Origin: Candidatus Latescibacterota bacterium
GTDB taxonomy: Bacteria; Latescibacterota; UBA2968
Assembly (NCBI GenBank): GCA_965198115.1
Contig: OZ240241.1
Coordinates: 1,888,001-1,952,000 of the forward strand
Length of the DNA: 64,000 nucleotides
Direction of reading: 5' to 3'
The position numbers and the translations under genes were made by a program. Of the stretch, positions 40,590-51,278 are shown piece after piece. How positions within the stretch are numbered: position 1 is the first letter of the stretch; each line of letters starts with the position of its first letter. Below the pieces are notes generated by a model. It did not search any database. It saw only the letters and a list, made by a program, of their open reading frames with translations, and had not been told where the DNA came from.

Positions 40590-41621
40590 TTAGACGCCGA
40601 CGTCGGGCATTGTCTTTTCTACGTCTGTCGGCGCCAGCTTTTTCCGCACTTCTGCCAGAATCTCCAGTGACCTCGAGCACGCATCCGGGTCGTAAATCCA
40701 CACGGTGGAGATCAATTCGTCAGCTCCTGTTTCCCTCACGAGCTGCGCGAGGCCCTGGTTCACTGTTTCCGCGGATCCGACATAAGCGTGGGTCAGCTTG
40801 TGCTCCACAGCCGGTTTCTCGTGAGGCAGCCAGTACGATTCGATGTCATCGATCGGGGGACCGATGGGGTCTCGCTTTCCTCTCATCATATCCGTCGACC
40901 GCACCTGCATCGACGTAAACAGGTGTTCAGCCTCCTCGTCCGTGTCCGCTGCAACCACGTTCACACCCACCATCGCATAAGGCCGTTCGAGATGGTCGGA
41001 TGGTCGAAACCCCGTCCGATAGGCCTCCAGAGCGCTCAGCAGATGGTCAGGGGCAAAGTGGGATGCGAATGCGTAGGGCAGCCCGAGATACGCGGCAAGC
41101 TGCGCACTGAACAAACTGGACCCGAGAAGCCAGATCGGTACGCGCAAGCCAGCTCCTGGAACCGCGCGCACTGCCTGATCCGGCTCCGGATCGCTGAAAT
41201 AGGCCTGCAATTCCACGACGTCCCTAGGAAAGTCGTTCGCCGTTCCCATTCGGTCCCGACGGAGAGCGTAGGCTGTCATCTGGTCCGTTCCCGGCGCCCG
41301 CCCGAGCCCAAGATCGATTCTGCCCGGGTAGAGAGACTCCAACGTTCCGAAGTGCTCGGCAATGACCAGGGGCGCGTGATTGGGCAACATCACCCCGCCC
41401 GACCCCACACGTATCGTCTTCGTGGCTTCTGCAACGTGTCCGACCAGAACACTCGTCGCGGCGCTCCCGATGCCGCCCATGTTGTGATGTTCGGCCAGCC
41501 AGTAACGGTTGTAGCCCAGTTCCTCCGCGTGTCTCGCCTGTCGGCGCATCAGCTCGTAGGCCCTCGACGCATCGCTCCCCTGACGGATCGGAGCCAGATC
41601 GAGTATCGAAATCGGTATCAA
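40590..41621 (-). CDS. LLM class flavin-dependent oxidoreductase (luciferase-like, YhbW group)
   Basis: [41 protein letters not shown]; TTG start after GGAG. Confidence 0.93.
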   Translation of the reverse strand: MIPISILDLAPIRQGSDASRAYELMRRQARHAEELGYNRYWLAEHHNMGGIGSAATSVLVGHVAEATKTIRVGSGGVMLPNHAPLVIAEHFGTLESLYPGRIDLGLGRAPGTDQMTAYALRRDRMGTANDFPRDVVELQAYFSDPEPDQAVRAVPGAGLRVPIWLLGSSLFSAQLAAYLGLPYAFASHFAPDHLLSALEAYRTGFRPSDHLERPYAMVGVNVVAADTDEEAEHLFTSMQVRSTDMMRGKRDPIGPPIDDIESYWLPHEKPAVEHKLTHAYVGSAETVNQGLAQLVRETGADELISTVWIYDPDACSRSLEILAEVRKKLAPTDVEKTMPDVGV

Positions 41622-41826
41622 CGCCTTTTCTCCTTGAGCGGACAGAGAGATGCGGATAAGGGTCGCGCTACCGGATCGAAGTAAGAGGGTTCGCCATCGG
41701 TTTTCGCCCCTATCTGTCTCAGCCCAAGATAGCCCGTGCCACGTCAACCTCAAAAGACCCTGATCTAGCAGAGATGTCGTGTGTGCGGTTTGGAAAGGCT
41801 GCAAGGCAAGTGGTATCTTAGCCTTC

Positions 41827-42945
41827 ATGACAGATGCGCTCAGATCCCTGGCTATCGCCGGAGCCTGGGGATACATCGGTCACAAGTTCATCGAAGCGGG
41901 CCTGGACCTCGGGTTGGACGTCTACGCGTTCGATCCCGGCCCTGCGCCGACAGATGTCGATCTGACCCGTGTGCACCGTGTCGAATCTCCAGCCGAGTTC
42001 TATCGCCTCGACGCCGATCTCTACCACCTCGCATTGCACCCGCAGCACCGCTCGTTGGCGCTGGCCTCCCTGTTACCACGTGCCGCAAACGATGGCATCG
42101 TCATCCTGAACGAAAAGCCAATGGCGGCACCCGATCGCCCTCGCGACAGCCGTCGCCTACTCGCCGACATCGACGGGGCAGGCGCGACCGTCTTCTTCGA
42201 CTTTCCCGAGATCTTCGATCCACTGACCCATCACATCCTGAATTTCTTGAACGAATTCGAGGATGTTCGTATCGCCGAGATCCACATCCAGCGGTCCAAG
42301 GATCGCGAAGCGAAGAACAACCCTCGAAACCTGAAGCGAATGGTACACATTCAGTACCAGGAATCCGTTCATTGTCTGGCCTTCGTCCTGAACCTCCTCG
42401 GCCACATCCACGGCGAAGTCGAAACGACACTCGATCGGGGTCTTGTGTTGTCGGCTACGGCGGAGCCTTACGACCCCCCCAATCCCGATGCGTATCCGCA
42501 CGTGGTCGATGGACGCTGTAATTTTGACATGACGATCGGGGAGACCGCAATCCACGGTCATACGGATTTCAAACGCCACGCACCCTGGAGAAAGCAACGC
42601 GTCATTAGAGGAACAGGCGACGGCACGTCCTTCGAGATCGATGTCGACTATCTCGAAGGAGCCAAGTATCTCCGCATCGATGGCCAGGATCAGCGAGTCG
42701 ACCCGGCGGGAAGCTCCTACGAAGCCGTCCTCCTCGGGATCCAAAAGTGGCACCGTGAGGTTCCACCGACCAACCTCATGCGAGGCGTCTACCCCAACCC
42801 AGACTTTGCGCTTCTGACTTACCAGCTCTCGAGTGCGTTGTGGCGCGCGAGCTACGATCGCGAGAAGATCCACTTGCCCGACTCATCTGCGCTCCGAGCA
42901 TTCGACGCTGGATTCGAAGAGACCGAATTCGCCAGATACGTCTAA
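41827..42945 (+). CDS. Divergent Gfo/Idh/MocA-like oxidoreductase
   Basis: N-terminal IAGAWGYIG Rossmann motif; ILNEKPMA (EKP motif). Confidence 0.6.
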   Translation: MTDALRSLAIAGAWGYIGHKFIEAGLDLGLDVYAFDPGPAPTDVDLTRVHRVESPAEFYRLDADLYHLALHPQHRSLALASLLPRAANDGIVILNEKPMAAPDRPRDSRRLLADIDGAGATVFFDFPEIFDPLTHHILNFLNEFEDVRIAEIHIQRSKDREAKNNPRNLKRMVHIQYQESVHCLAFVLNLLGHIHGEVETTLDRGLVLSATAEPYDPPNPDAYPHVVDGRCNFDMTIGETAIHGHTDFKRHAPWRKQRVIRGTGDGTSFEIDVDYLEGAKYLRIDGQDQRVDPAGSSYEAVLLGIQKWHREVPPTNLMRGVYPNPDFALLTYQLSSALWRASYDREKIHLPDSSALRAFDAGFEETEFARYV

Positions 42946-43046
42946 CCGGCAGTCTGTTATCGTATTTTTCGGCCGCTAAAAGCTTGACCTCCCCCTGCCA
43001 ATCACCCTATTTTGTCGCAGACCGCAACTCACTCTTCCGAGGGACC

Positions 43047-43419
43047 ATGCCCCACATCCTCATCGTCGACGACGACGAATCGATCCGTGTCGTAATCCGC
43101 AAGGGAATGGAACTTGCGGGTCACACTGTCGCGGAAGCGGTCGATGGTGATGAAGGGATGAGCGCCTTCACGCACGAATCACCGGACCTCGTCATCACCG
43201 ACATCATGATGCCTGGCACCTATGGTCTGCAGCTCATCCGAAACCTCCATCGACAGGCTCCGGACGTGCCCATTATTGCGATTACTGGGTATCAACCCTC
43301 TCGTCTTTCTATGGCGGAGGACATGGGGGGCCGTTGTCACTTTTCAGAAGCCTTTCTCAATGGTTGAACTGGTATCCACGGTAGGCAAACTCACCGGAAA
43401 CAAGACCGTCGGTGGTTGA
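43047..43419 (+). CDS. Single-domain response regulator; frameshift in G6 run at 43325-43330
   Basis: ILIVDDD, DLVITDIMMP, IIAITG; removing one G restores MGAVVTFQKPFSMVELV. Confidence 0.85.
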
Positions 43420-43523
43420 AAGGGCGATTCACCCCGAGCGCCCACTGTCCGCACAACACCGGCATACGTATATTTGACCGGTAGGTGTTGGATCCCTCCA
43501 AGTTCGTCGTTTCGGAGTCCTGA

Positions 43524-43772
43524 ATGGCACTTTGGTTTTTCTTGCTCGGCTGCGGGGGCCTCGGTTTCAGCATCAAGATCCTCCTGGAGCACTTCAAGCA
43601 GGCAGAGGAGATCAACGACGGCATCCGTACGGCCGAGCGCGCCCGGTTGGACGTGGAGGAGGAGATCTTGGCCGAAGAGGCCGAAGCGGCAGAAGTCAAG
43701 GTTGGCAACCTCACTGCACAGATCAGCAAGCGGAAAGAGGCGCTGGCCAATCGTGGTAAATTCAAGGTCTGA
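43524..43772 (+). CDS. Small hypothetical membrane-anchored coiled-coil protein
   Basis: GGAG RBS, N-terminal hydrophobic helix, Glu/Ala heptads; terminator follows. Confidence 0.65.
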   Translation: MALWFFLLGCGGLGFSIKILLEHFKQAEEINDGIRTAERARLDVEEEILAEEAEAAEVKVGNLTAQISKRKEALANRGKFKV

Positions 43773-43799
43773 AGCTCTTTCGAACCGAGAGAAGAGGGA

Positions 43800-43831
43800 C
43801 GCCACCGAGAGATCGGTGGTTTTTTATTTTT
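43800..43831 (+). terminator. Intrinsic terminator
   Basis: gccaccga-gaga-tcggtggt-tttttattttt. Confidence 0.8.
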
Positions 43832-43953
43832 CACGGCGTTACATAAGCTGAGTCTATTCTCTCCATCAAAAGGATAAATTTCCAAAATCTACCGATCTTT
43901 TCGCATGGTTAAGTTCAAACGTCCGCCATCCGACCTCAGTCCTGGATTGAACC

Positions 43954-46900
43954 GTGCCTTTACTCCGCTTCTATCGTCGCCCTGGTCTCACCCCAGCTTC
44001 TGTCGCCACCCTCCGTCAGACGAGCCGTCAGCGGCTCTCGCAGCCCATCGAGATCGCCGGCACGGAGCTGTGCTTCTACATTCAATGCGCCTCAGATCTC
44101 TCTCCGATAGAGCTGTCGCACCTTCGCTGGCTTCTGGGTGAAACGTTCGATCCGGACGGACTCAGCGACACCCCCTTCGCTTCCAGCACCGGCGTCCTCG
44201 AGTACGGCCCGCGTATGAATTTCACCACGGCCTGGTCCACGAACGCCACGGCCATCTGCCACGCCTGCGGGCTCGATTCGATCGAACGCATCGAAAGGTC
44301 CCGCCGCTACTACCTCTCACTCTTGCCCGATGACGAGGATCTCGTTCGTTTCGGACAGCTGGTCCACGACCGCATGACCGAACAACCGTACGAACGTCCG
44401 CTTTCGTCTTTCGAATCCGGCGTCAGACCGGAGCCTGTCCAGACCATCCTCCTCATCGAAGAGGGTCGGGTTGCACTCGAACGCATGAACGATGAAATGG
44501 GCCTCGCGTTCGACGAATGGGATCTCAACTACTACGCCGACATCTTTCTCGACCGGCTCAAACGAAATCCGACGAACGTGGAATGTTTCGACATCGCCCA
44601 GAGCAACAGTGAACATTCACGTCACTGGTTCTTCAAGGGCAAGCTCGTCGTCGACGGCCAGGAGATCCCCGATCACCTCATCGCGATGATTCAATCGACG
44701 CTCGAATCCAACCCCAACAACAGTGTGATCGCCTTCAAGGATAACTCGAGCGCCATCGAGGGCTACGCGATCTCGACGATTCTACCCGAGCAGCCCGGTG
44801 CCCCGACTCGATTCGTGGAACGAGATCTCGACTATCACATTCTTCTCACCGCCGAGACCCACAACTTCCCATCGGGTGTGGCACCCTTTCCAGGCGCCGA
44901 AACCGGCACGGGGGGACGCATCCGCGACACCCACGCCACGGGACGCGGGTCCCTCGTCGTCGCGGGTACAGCCGGATACTGCGTCGGCAACCTGAACATC
45001 CCCGACTACAACCTCCCGTGGGAAGCCGACCACACGTATCCAGACAACCTCGCCACCCCGCTGGAGATCGAAATCGAAGCCAGCAACGGAGCCTCCGACT
45101 ACGGCAACAAGTTCGGCGAACCTGTCATTCAGGGGTTCACGCGTGCCTTTGGTCTTCGTCTCCCCGACGGCGAGCGGCGAGAGTGGATCAAGCCGATCAT
45201 GTTCAGCGCCGGAATCGGTCAGATCAGTGCAACACACACCGAGAAGCACGATGCCGAAGTCGGAATGCGGGTCGTCAAGCTCGGAGGGCCGGCCTATCGC
45301 ATCGGCATGGGAGGCGGCGCCGCTTCCAGCATGGTCCAGGGCGAGAACGCCGCTGAACTCGACTTCAACGCCGTGCAGCGTGGCGACGCCGAGATGGAAC
45401 AGAAAGTGAACCGTGTCATCCGCGCCTGTGTCGAGCTCGAAGATCGAAACCCGATCGTCAGTATTCACGACCAGGGTGCCGGCGGAAACTGCAACGTGTT
45501 GAAGGAGATCGTCGAGCCCCTCGGGGCGCGCATCAACCTGCGAGACATATTGGTCGGCGACCATACCCTGTCTGCGCTTGAAATCTGGGGGGCCGAGTAT
45601 CAGGAAAACGACGCGCTCCTGATCGCGGCAGAGCACGAGCCCACGTTCAGGGCTCTTTGCAAGCGCGAAAAGGTACCGGTCAGCTTCGTCGGGGACGTGA
45701 CCGACGATGGCCGGGTGGTCGTCCACGACAGCCAGGACGATACCACCCCGGTCGATCTGGACCTCGAGAGTGTGCTCGGCGATATGCCACAGAAAACGTT
45801 CACCCTCGACCACGTGCAACGAACCCGTTCGGCCCTCTCCCTTCCTCCCGACCTGTCCGTCAGAAACGCACTCGATCGCGTGCTGCGCCTCGTTTCCGTT
45901 GGCTCGAAGCGTTTCCTCACCAACAAGGTCGACCGCAGCGTCACCGGACTGGTCGCCCAACAGCAGTGCGTGGGCCCCCTCCAGATCCCGTTGTCCAACG
46001 TCGCCGTCATCGCTCAGAGCCATTTCCCGAGCCCGACTGGACAGTTCACGGGGGCAGCGACCGCCATCGGCGAACAACCGATCAAGGGCCTGATCGATCC
46101 TGCAGCCATGGCACGAACGACCGTCGGCGAGGCCCTGACCAACATCGTCTGGGCCCGTGTCAGCTCTGTTCAGGACATCAAATGTTCTGGCAACTGGATG
46201 TGGGCGGCCAAACTGGAAGGTGAGGGCGCCGAGCTCTACGACGCGGCAGCCGCTCTGTGCGACTTCCTGATCGACCTCGGAATCGGGATCGATGGTGGGA
46301 AGGACAGTCTCTCAATGGCGGCCCTAGCCCCTTTGGAGGCAAACGAAGATGAAACGGTCAAATCACCGGGAACCCTCGTCATCTCCGCCTACGTCACGTG
46401 CCCCGACGTGACCAAGACCGTCACACCCGATTTCAAGATCGGGGACGATCACATATTCCTCGTCGATCTGGCCGACGGTCGCGCCCGGCTTGGCGGTTCG
46501 GCACTCGCTCAGGTGTTCGGTCAGGTGGGCGATGAGAGCCCGGATGTGGAAGACGCAGATTTGCTCCGCCGGGCCTTCGACGTCACTCAGCGCCTAATAG
46601 ACGAGCGTGCCATCGCGGCGGGCCACGACCGCAGCGACGGAGGACTCGTCACGGCCCTTCTCGAAATGGGATTCGCCGGCAACCGTGGTTTCACGGTCGA
46701 CCTCGAAGCTACGGGCAACACCTGGTCCACCCTGTTCTCGGAAGAACTCGGCCTGCTGCTCGCCGTGCACTCGAGTCTATCGGAGCGAGTACGCGAAGCT
46801 TACGCCAAGGCGGGCGTCCCCTGTCACCTGCTGGGGTTCACGAAGGAGAGCCACGACGTCGATGTTCGCATCGATGGACATTCCGTCCTGAACGACGACA

Positions 46901-47859
46901 TTCGAAAATTGCGCCAGGTGTGGGAATCGACCAGCCACCAGCTAGAACGATTGCAGGCCAACCCTGATTGCGTCGACCAGGAGCACGCCGATCTCCCGTC
47001 GCGTGGGGCACCACCCTACACCCTCACGTTCGAGCCACAGCCCACCGCACCGGTACCGACACAGGCATCACGGCCCAAGGTCGCGATCCTGAGGGAGGAG
47101 GGCAGCAACGGTGACAGGGAAATGGCATCGGCCTTCCACGACGCCGGATTCGAAACGTGGGATGTCACCATGTCCGACCTCGCGGCAGGACGCGTTGCCC
47201 TCGGCGACTTCCGGGGCATCGCATTCGTCGGCGGGTTCAGCTACGCAGACGTTCTCGATTCCGCCAAGGGCTGGGCCGGAGTCATTCGATACGACAATCG
47301 GGTACTCGATCAGTTCACCTCGTTCCGAAGCAGACAGGACACCTTCAGCCTCGGCGTCTGCAACGGATGCCAACTCATGGCGCTCCTCGGCTGGCTGCCC
47401 GGAGAAAAGTTGGACGATGCACGCCAACCCCGATTCATCCACAACGCATCCGGGCGGTTCGAATCTCGCTTCAGCACAGTCAGGATCGAAGAAAGCACAG
47501 CGATGATGTTCGACGGCATGGCCGGGGCCGTTCTGGGGGTTTGGGTCGCCCACGGGGAGGGCCGCGCCTACTTCCCCGATGAAAAGGTCCTCGCTTCGGT
47601 AGAGGCCAGCGCACGCGTTCCGGTTCGTTACGTCGACGACGGGGCGGAGCCGACCCAGACTTACCCGCACAACCCCAACGGCTCGACGAACGCCATCGCC
47701 GGTCTCTGTTCTGCCGATGGGAGGCATCTCGCGATGATGCCGCATCCCGAGCGTGCGTTCCGCACGTGGCAATGGGGCTGGCTTCCGGAAGGATGGAGAA
47801 ACCTCGAAGCCTCACCCTGGTTGAGGATGTTCCAAAACGCCCGCACCTGGTGCGATTGA
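43954..47859 (+). CDS. purL: Phosphoribosylformylglycinamidine synthase, large single-chain form
   Basis: SEHSRH, ETHNFP..PFPGA.TG.GG.IRD, HDQGAGG, GGKDS, GGFSYAD, GVCNGCQ, AHGEG, MPHPER. Confidence 0.97.
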   Translation: MPLLRFYRRPGLTPASVATLRQTSRQRLSQPIEIAGTELCFYIQCASDLSPIELSHLRWLLGETFDPDGLSDTPFASSTGVLEYGPRMNFTTAWSTNATAICHACGLDSIERIERSRRYYLSLLPDDEDLVRFGQLVHDRMTEQPYERPLSSFESGVRPEPVQTILLIEEGRVALERMNDEMGLAFDEWDLNYYADIFLDRLKRNPTNVECFDIAQSNSEHSRHWFFKGKLVVDGQEIPDHLIAMIQSTLESNPNNSVIAFKDNSSAIEGYAISTILPEQPGAPTRFVERDLDYHILLTAETHNFPSGVAPFPGAETGTGGRIRDTHATGRGSLVVAGTAGYCVGNLNIPDYNLPWEADHTYPDNLATPLEIEIEASNGASDYGNKFGEPVIQGFTRAFGLRLPDGERREWIKPIMFSAGIGQISATHTEKHDAEVGMRVVKLGGPAYRIGMGGGAASSMVQGENAAELDFNAVQRGDAEMEQKVNRVIRACVELEDRNPIVSIHDQGAGGNCNVLKEIVEPLGARINLRDILVGDHTLSALEIWGAEYQENDALLIAAEHEPTFRALCKREKVPVSFVGDVTDDGRVVVHDSQDDTTPVDLDLESVLGDMPQKTFTLDHVQRTRSALSLPPDLSVRNALDRVLRLVSVGSKRFLTNKVDRSVTGLVAQQQCVGPLQIPLSNVAVIAQSHFPSPTGQFTGAATAIGEQPIKGLIDPAAMARTTVGEALTNIVWARVSSVQDIKCSGNWMWAAKLEGEGAELYDAAAALCDFLIDLGIGIDGGKDSLSMAALAPLEANEDETVKSPGTLVISAYVTCPDVTKTVTPDFKIGDDHIFLVDLADGRARLGGSALAQVFGQVGDESPDVEDADLLRRAFDVTQRLIDERAIAAGHDRSDGGLVTALLEMGFAGNRGFTVDLEATGNTWSTLFSEELGLLLAVHSSLSERVREAYAKAGVPCHLLGFTKESHDVDVRIDGHSVLNDDIRKLRQVWESTSHQLERLQANPDCVDQEHADLPSRGAPPYTLTFEPQPTAPVPTQASRPKVAILREEGSNGDREMASAFHDAGFETWDVTMSDLAAGRVALGDFRGIAFVGGFSYADVLDSAKGWAGVIRYDNRVLDQFTSFRSRQDTFSLGVCNGCQLMALLGWLPGEKLDDARQPRFIHNASGRFESRFSTVRIEESTAMMFDGMAGAVLGVWVAHGEGRAYFPDEKVLASVEASARVPVRYVDDGAEPTQTYPHNPNGSTNAIAGLCSADGRHLAMMPHPERAFRTWQWGWLPEGWRNLEASPWLRMFQNARTWCD

Positions 47860-47941
47860 CAAGGGTTCCAAAAACAGAATGGCCGCGAGCACCTTCGCGG
47901 CCACATTACTGAATACGGGAGTTTCCTAATGTGGCGATTCC

Positions 47942-49106
47942 CTAGTTGTTCCTCTCCACGCCCGCCCCGTCCACGGCTCGACACACGTAGACTTCCGCCG
48001 TGTACTCGGTCTTGGCGCTGTACTTTTCCTCGACTTCCCTGATCAACGACTCCACGGCGTCGGCCATCACCAGGTTGACCGTGCATCCACCGAACCCCGC
48101 TCCCATCATACGTGCGCCGACCACACCGGGTGTGTCCCACGCGATCTGGACGAGCAAATCGAGTTCTGGTCCACTGACCTCGTAGTCCGCTTTCAGACTC
48201 TCGTGCGACGCTCGCATCAACCCGCCAAAGGACTCCAGGTCGCCACCCTCCAACGTGGTTAACGCAAGCCGCGTCCGCGCTATCTCGGCCACCACGTGCC
48301 GACAGCGTCGATAGCCTTCCTCCGTCAGAGCGCCTTGCCAGTCCTCCAGCATTTCGAGGTCGACGTCGCGAAGGGAAGTCGCGACTTTCCGGTCGCGCGT
48401 CTGAGCTGGAGCACCCCGTTTTCGCACGCCTCTCGACGTTCGTTGTAGGCAGAATCCGTCAGACCTCTGGTCACACCGGAGTTGCAGATCACGATCTTGA
48501 CCTCATCGTCGGCCAGCGGAACCTGCTCGAACGACAGATCACGACAATCGAGAAAAAGCGCGTGATCGGCACGCCCGTTCGCCGACACGAACTGGTCCAT
48601 GATTCCGCAGTTCACGCCCACAAACTCGTTCTCAGCAGCCTGGCCGATCGTAGCCAGCCGCTGGCCGGTCATCTGGATGTCGAACAATTCCAGGAGACCC
48701 CGGCCGATCGCCATCTCCAGAGCGGCCGAGCTGCTTACGCCCGGGGTATGGTGGCACAGTTCCAGTCTGCGAACCTCAGGATCGGGGGGTTCGAAGGCGT
48801 GATTGCAGGAGACGTTCCTCTGGGCGCGGGTCTGAGCCAATCTCCCACCTTCTCGAGTCGCCGGTTGATCGTGAAGGAGAGATCTTCCTCGAACGACACA
48901 GCGTGAAGGTGCGCCTGATTGTCCGAACGCGGGCGAGCGGCGAACGCGATCCACCGATCGATGGCGGCGGGAAACACAAATCCTTCGTTATAGTCTGTAT
49001 GTTCCCCGATCAGGTTGACCCGTCCGGGTGCCTTGACCACCACCTCGGGGGCCTCTGCATAACGGTTCTGAAAAACTCGGACGCAATGATCGACGATGTC
49101 ATTCAT
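47942..49106 (-). pseudogene. galK: Galactokinase disrupted by an internal inversion (48733-48837) and a 1-nt frameshift (~48387)
   Basis: [57 protein letters not shown]; the VPLGAGLS segment lies on the opposite strand. Confidence 0.9.
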
Positions 49107-50125
49107 AGCTGGGTCGTCTGGGATCCGGTCGATTGCGAGGTGCGTCGCAGGGCTTGGCGGATCTCTGCCGCGGAGATCGATGGGTCCGAAGGGTTGATGC
49201 TCCGACCGAAGATGTCGGAGCCGACGACGTGCTTGCGAATCCCCGGGCCGCGAAGCAGGCTGGTCAGATGCACTTGCAGGTGAAACGAATCGCAAGATCC
49301 GTCCGTCGGGGCCTGCAGTAGAGCAAGCGTGTAATGATAGGGCGCATCGAACAACCCGTCCAGCCCCCGCAGGAGATCGCTCAATGCGCGTGCGAGAGAC
49401 ATCTTCTCATCCGGAGAACACGCGACAATCGATGCGACAGAGCGATGAGGCACGATCACGATGTCGTGGGGCATCACGGCAGCGAACGGAACAAACGCAG
49501 TAAAGTGATCGTCGCCCCAGACGATCCGGCGGCCGTCATCCCGCTCGAAGGCAAGGGCCGAAGCGACGAAATCCCCCTTCGCGAACCGCTCGATCTGGTT
49601 GACCACGATTCGATCGGGCATGGCGTTGTAGGCGTAGACCTGACCGTGGGGGTGGAGTTGAGAGTTTCCCATCACGCCACCCCGATTCTCGAAAATCAGG
49701 ACGTAGACAATCTCCATCTGCGCACCGAGCCGCGTGTAGGTTTCCGCCCAGCAGTCGACAATGACCGAGATTTCATCCGGCGTCATCGTGGCCATGCGTT
49801 TCGAGTGATCCGGGCTGTAAACGATCACTTCGCACACGCCCGCCGCCGGTCGCACACCGTAGGGCACGGGCAAATTTTCGTCCGGCACGACTTTCGCCCT
49901 TCGCAGAGGGAAAGTCATTCTCGAACACGAACGTTCCATCGTAGTTCGGGTTCACGTCCCCGTTCGCGCGAACGTTCCCCGGACACAGGTAGCAGTCCGC
50001 ATCGTAGACGGGACCTCGCTCCGAGCCCCCCTCCTCGATGCTGCCCGACCAGGGTCTAGCGGCGCGCTCCGCCGACATCGTCACCCAGCGTCCAACGAAC
50101 GGATTGTATCGTTCTTCGTTCAGGG
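49103..50125 (-). CDS. galT: Galactose-1-phosphate uridylyltransferase domain, in frame with galE; frameshift near 49905
   Basis: [31 protein letters not shown]; then [25 protein letters not shown] in the shifted frame. Confidence 0.88.
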
Positions 50126-51278
50126 CCCCGTATCCCGATGGGTTGCGGGAGTGCCATCGCCAGGCGTTTTCGATCGTTTCGTCGAGGGATTCTCGGGCAC
50201 GCCACCCGAGCCGGGCGTCGGCCGCGTCCGTGCGGGCGATCAAGGTGGCAGGGTCACCGGATCGCCGGGGTCCGGATTTGCAGGAGATCTTCCGGCCTGT
50301 CACTCGCTCGGCGGTGCTCACGATTTCCTTCACCGTGAACCCGTTTCGCGTCCCGAGGTTCAGCGTGATGGGCTCGGCCTTCTGGATCAGCGAATCCAGA
50401 CAGGAAACGTGGGCATCCGCGAGATCAACGACCGATACGTAATCTCGAACCGCTGTTCCGTCCCTGGTCGGATAATCGTCTCCAAAGATCGTGAGCCCGT
50501 CGCGCTGTCCCAGAGCGGCCTGGAGGACAATCGGAACCAGGTGCGTTTCGGGATCGTGGTCCTCCCCTATCAGACCCTCCGGATCTGCCCCCGCCACGTT
50601 GAAGTAGCGAAGACACGCGAATCCCGCACCGGCTGCTGACGCGCGCTTCTCGAGGATCAGCTCATCCATCAACTTCGTGATCCCATACACGTTCGTCGGG
50701 ATCATCAGCTTCAGAACATCTCGCTCCGTGAGGTGGTAATCCGATCGTTGAGCAACGGTCGACTCGTAGCGCTCGATCGTTGTCTCGAAGTCGAACACAG
50801 CGCGCATCAGCTGACTCTCTTTGAAACGGCCCTCCTCCACAACACGGTCCTGATAGTCCTCGGCCAACGGCAGGTCTTCCTCCGAAGGGTTGCCGTAGGT
50901 GGCAGATGTAGAGGATTTCACGATTGGTAGTTCTCCGCCCGCAGAAACTAGATTGAAGAAGCCGACCACGTTCGTGTCAAAATACGCCTCCGAATGTTCC
51001 TGGCTTTCGGCGACGAGACTCTTCGCGGCAAAATCAATCACGCCGACGATCCCGTGGCGGTCGAACACCGAGACGATGTCGTCGGCATTCGACAGATCCA
51101 CCTTCTCAAAAGCGAATTGGTTGGGACCGAAAAGTCGCTCAAGAAGGCGCACAACCTCGATGTGACCCGTACTCAGGTTGTCCAGAACGACGACCTTCCG
51201 CCCCGAATCCAGCAGATGCTTGGTGGTGTGCGACCCGACATACCCCGCCCCACCCGTGACGAGTACGGCATCGTTCAT
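50126..51278 (-). CDS. galE: UDP-glucose 4-epimerase domain (N-terminal part of a galE-galT fusion)
   Basis: [63 protein letters not shown]. Confidence 0.93.

Noticed and set aside
43325-43330. Phase-variable poly-G in the response regulator
   Set aside because: A run of only 6 G is short for slipped-strand switching, and similar indels occur in nearby genes; an error is more likely.
43830-43953. Purine/ZTP/PRPP riboswitch upstream of purL
   Set aside because: AT-rich promoter-like DNA with no recognisable aptamer consensus.
48733-48837. Classical invertase-driven inverton
   Set aside because: Only 3-bp inverted microhomology and no recombinase nearby; kept as an inversion of unknown origin.
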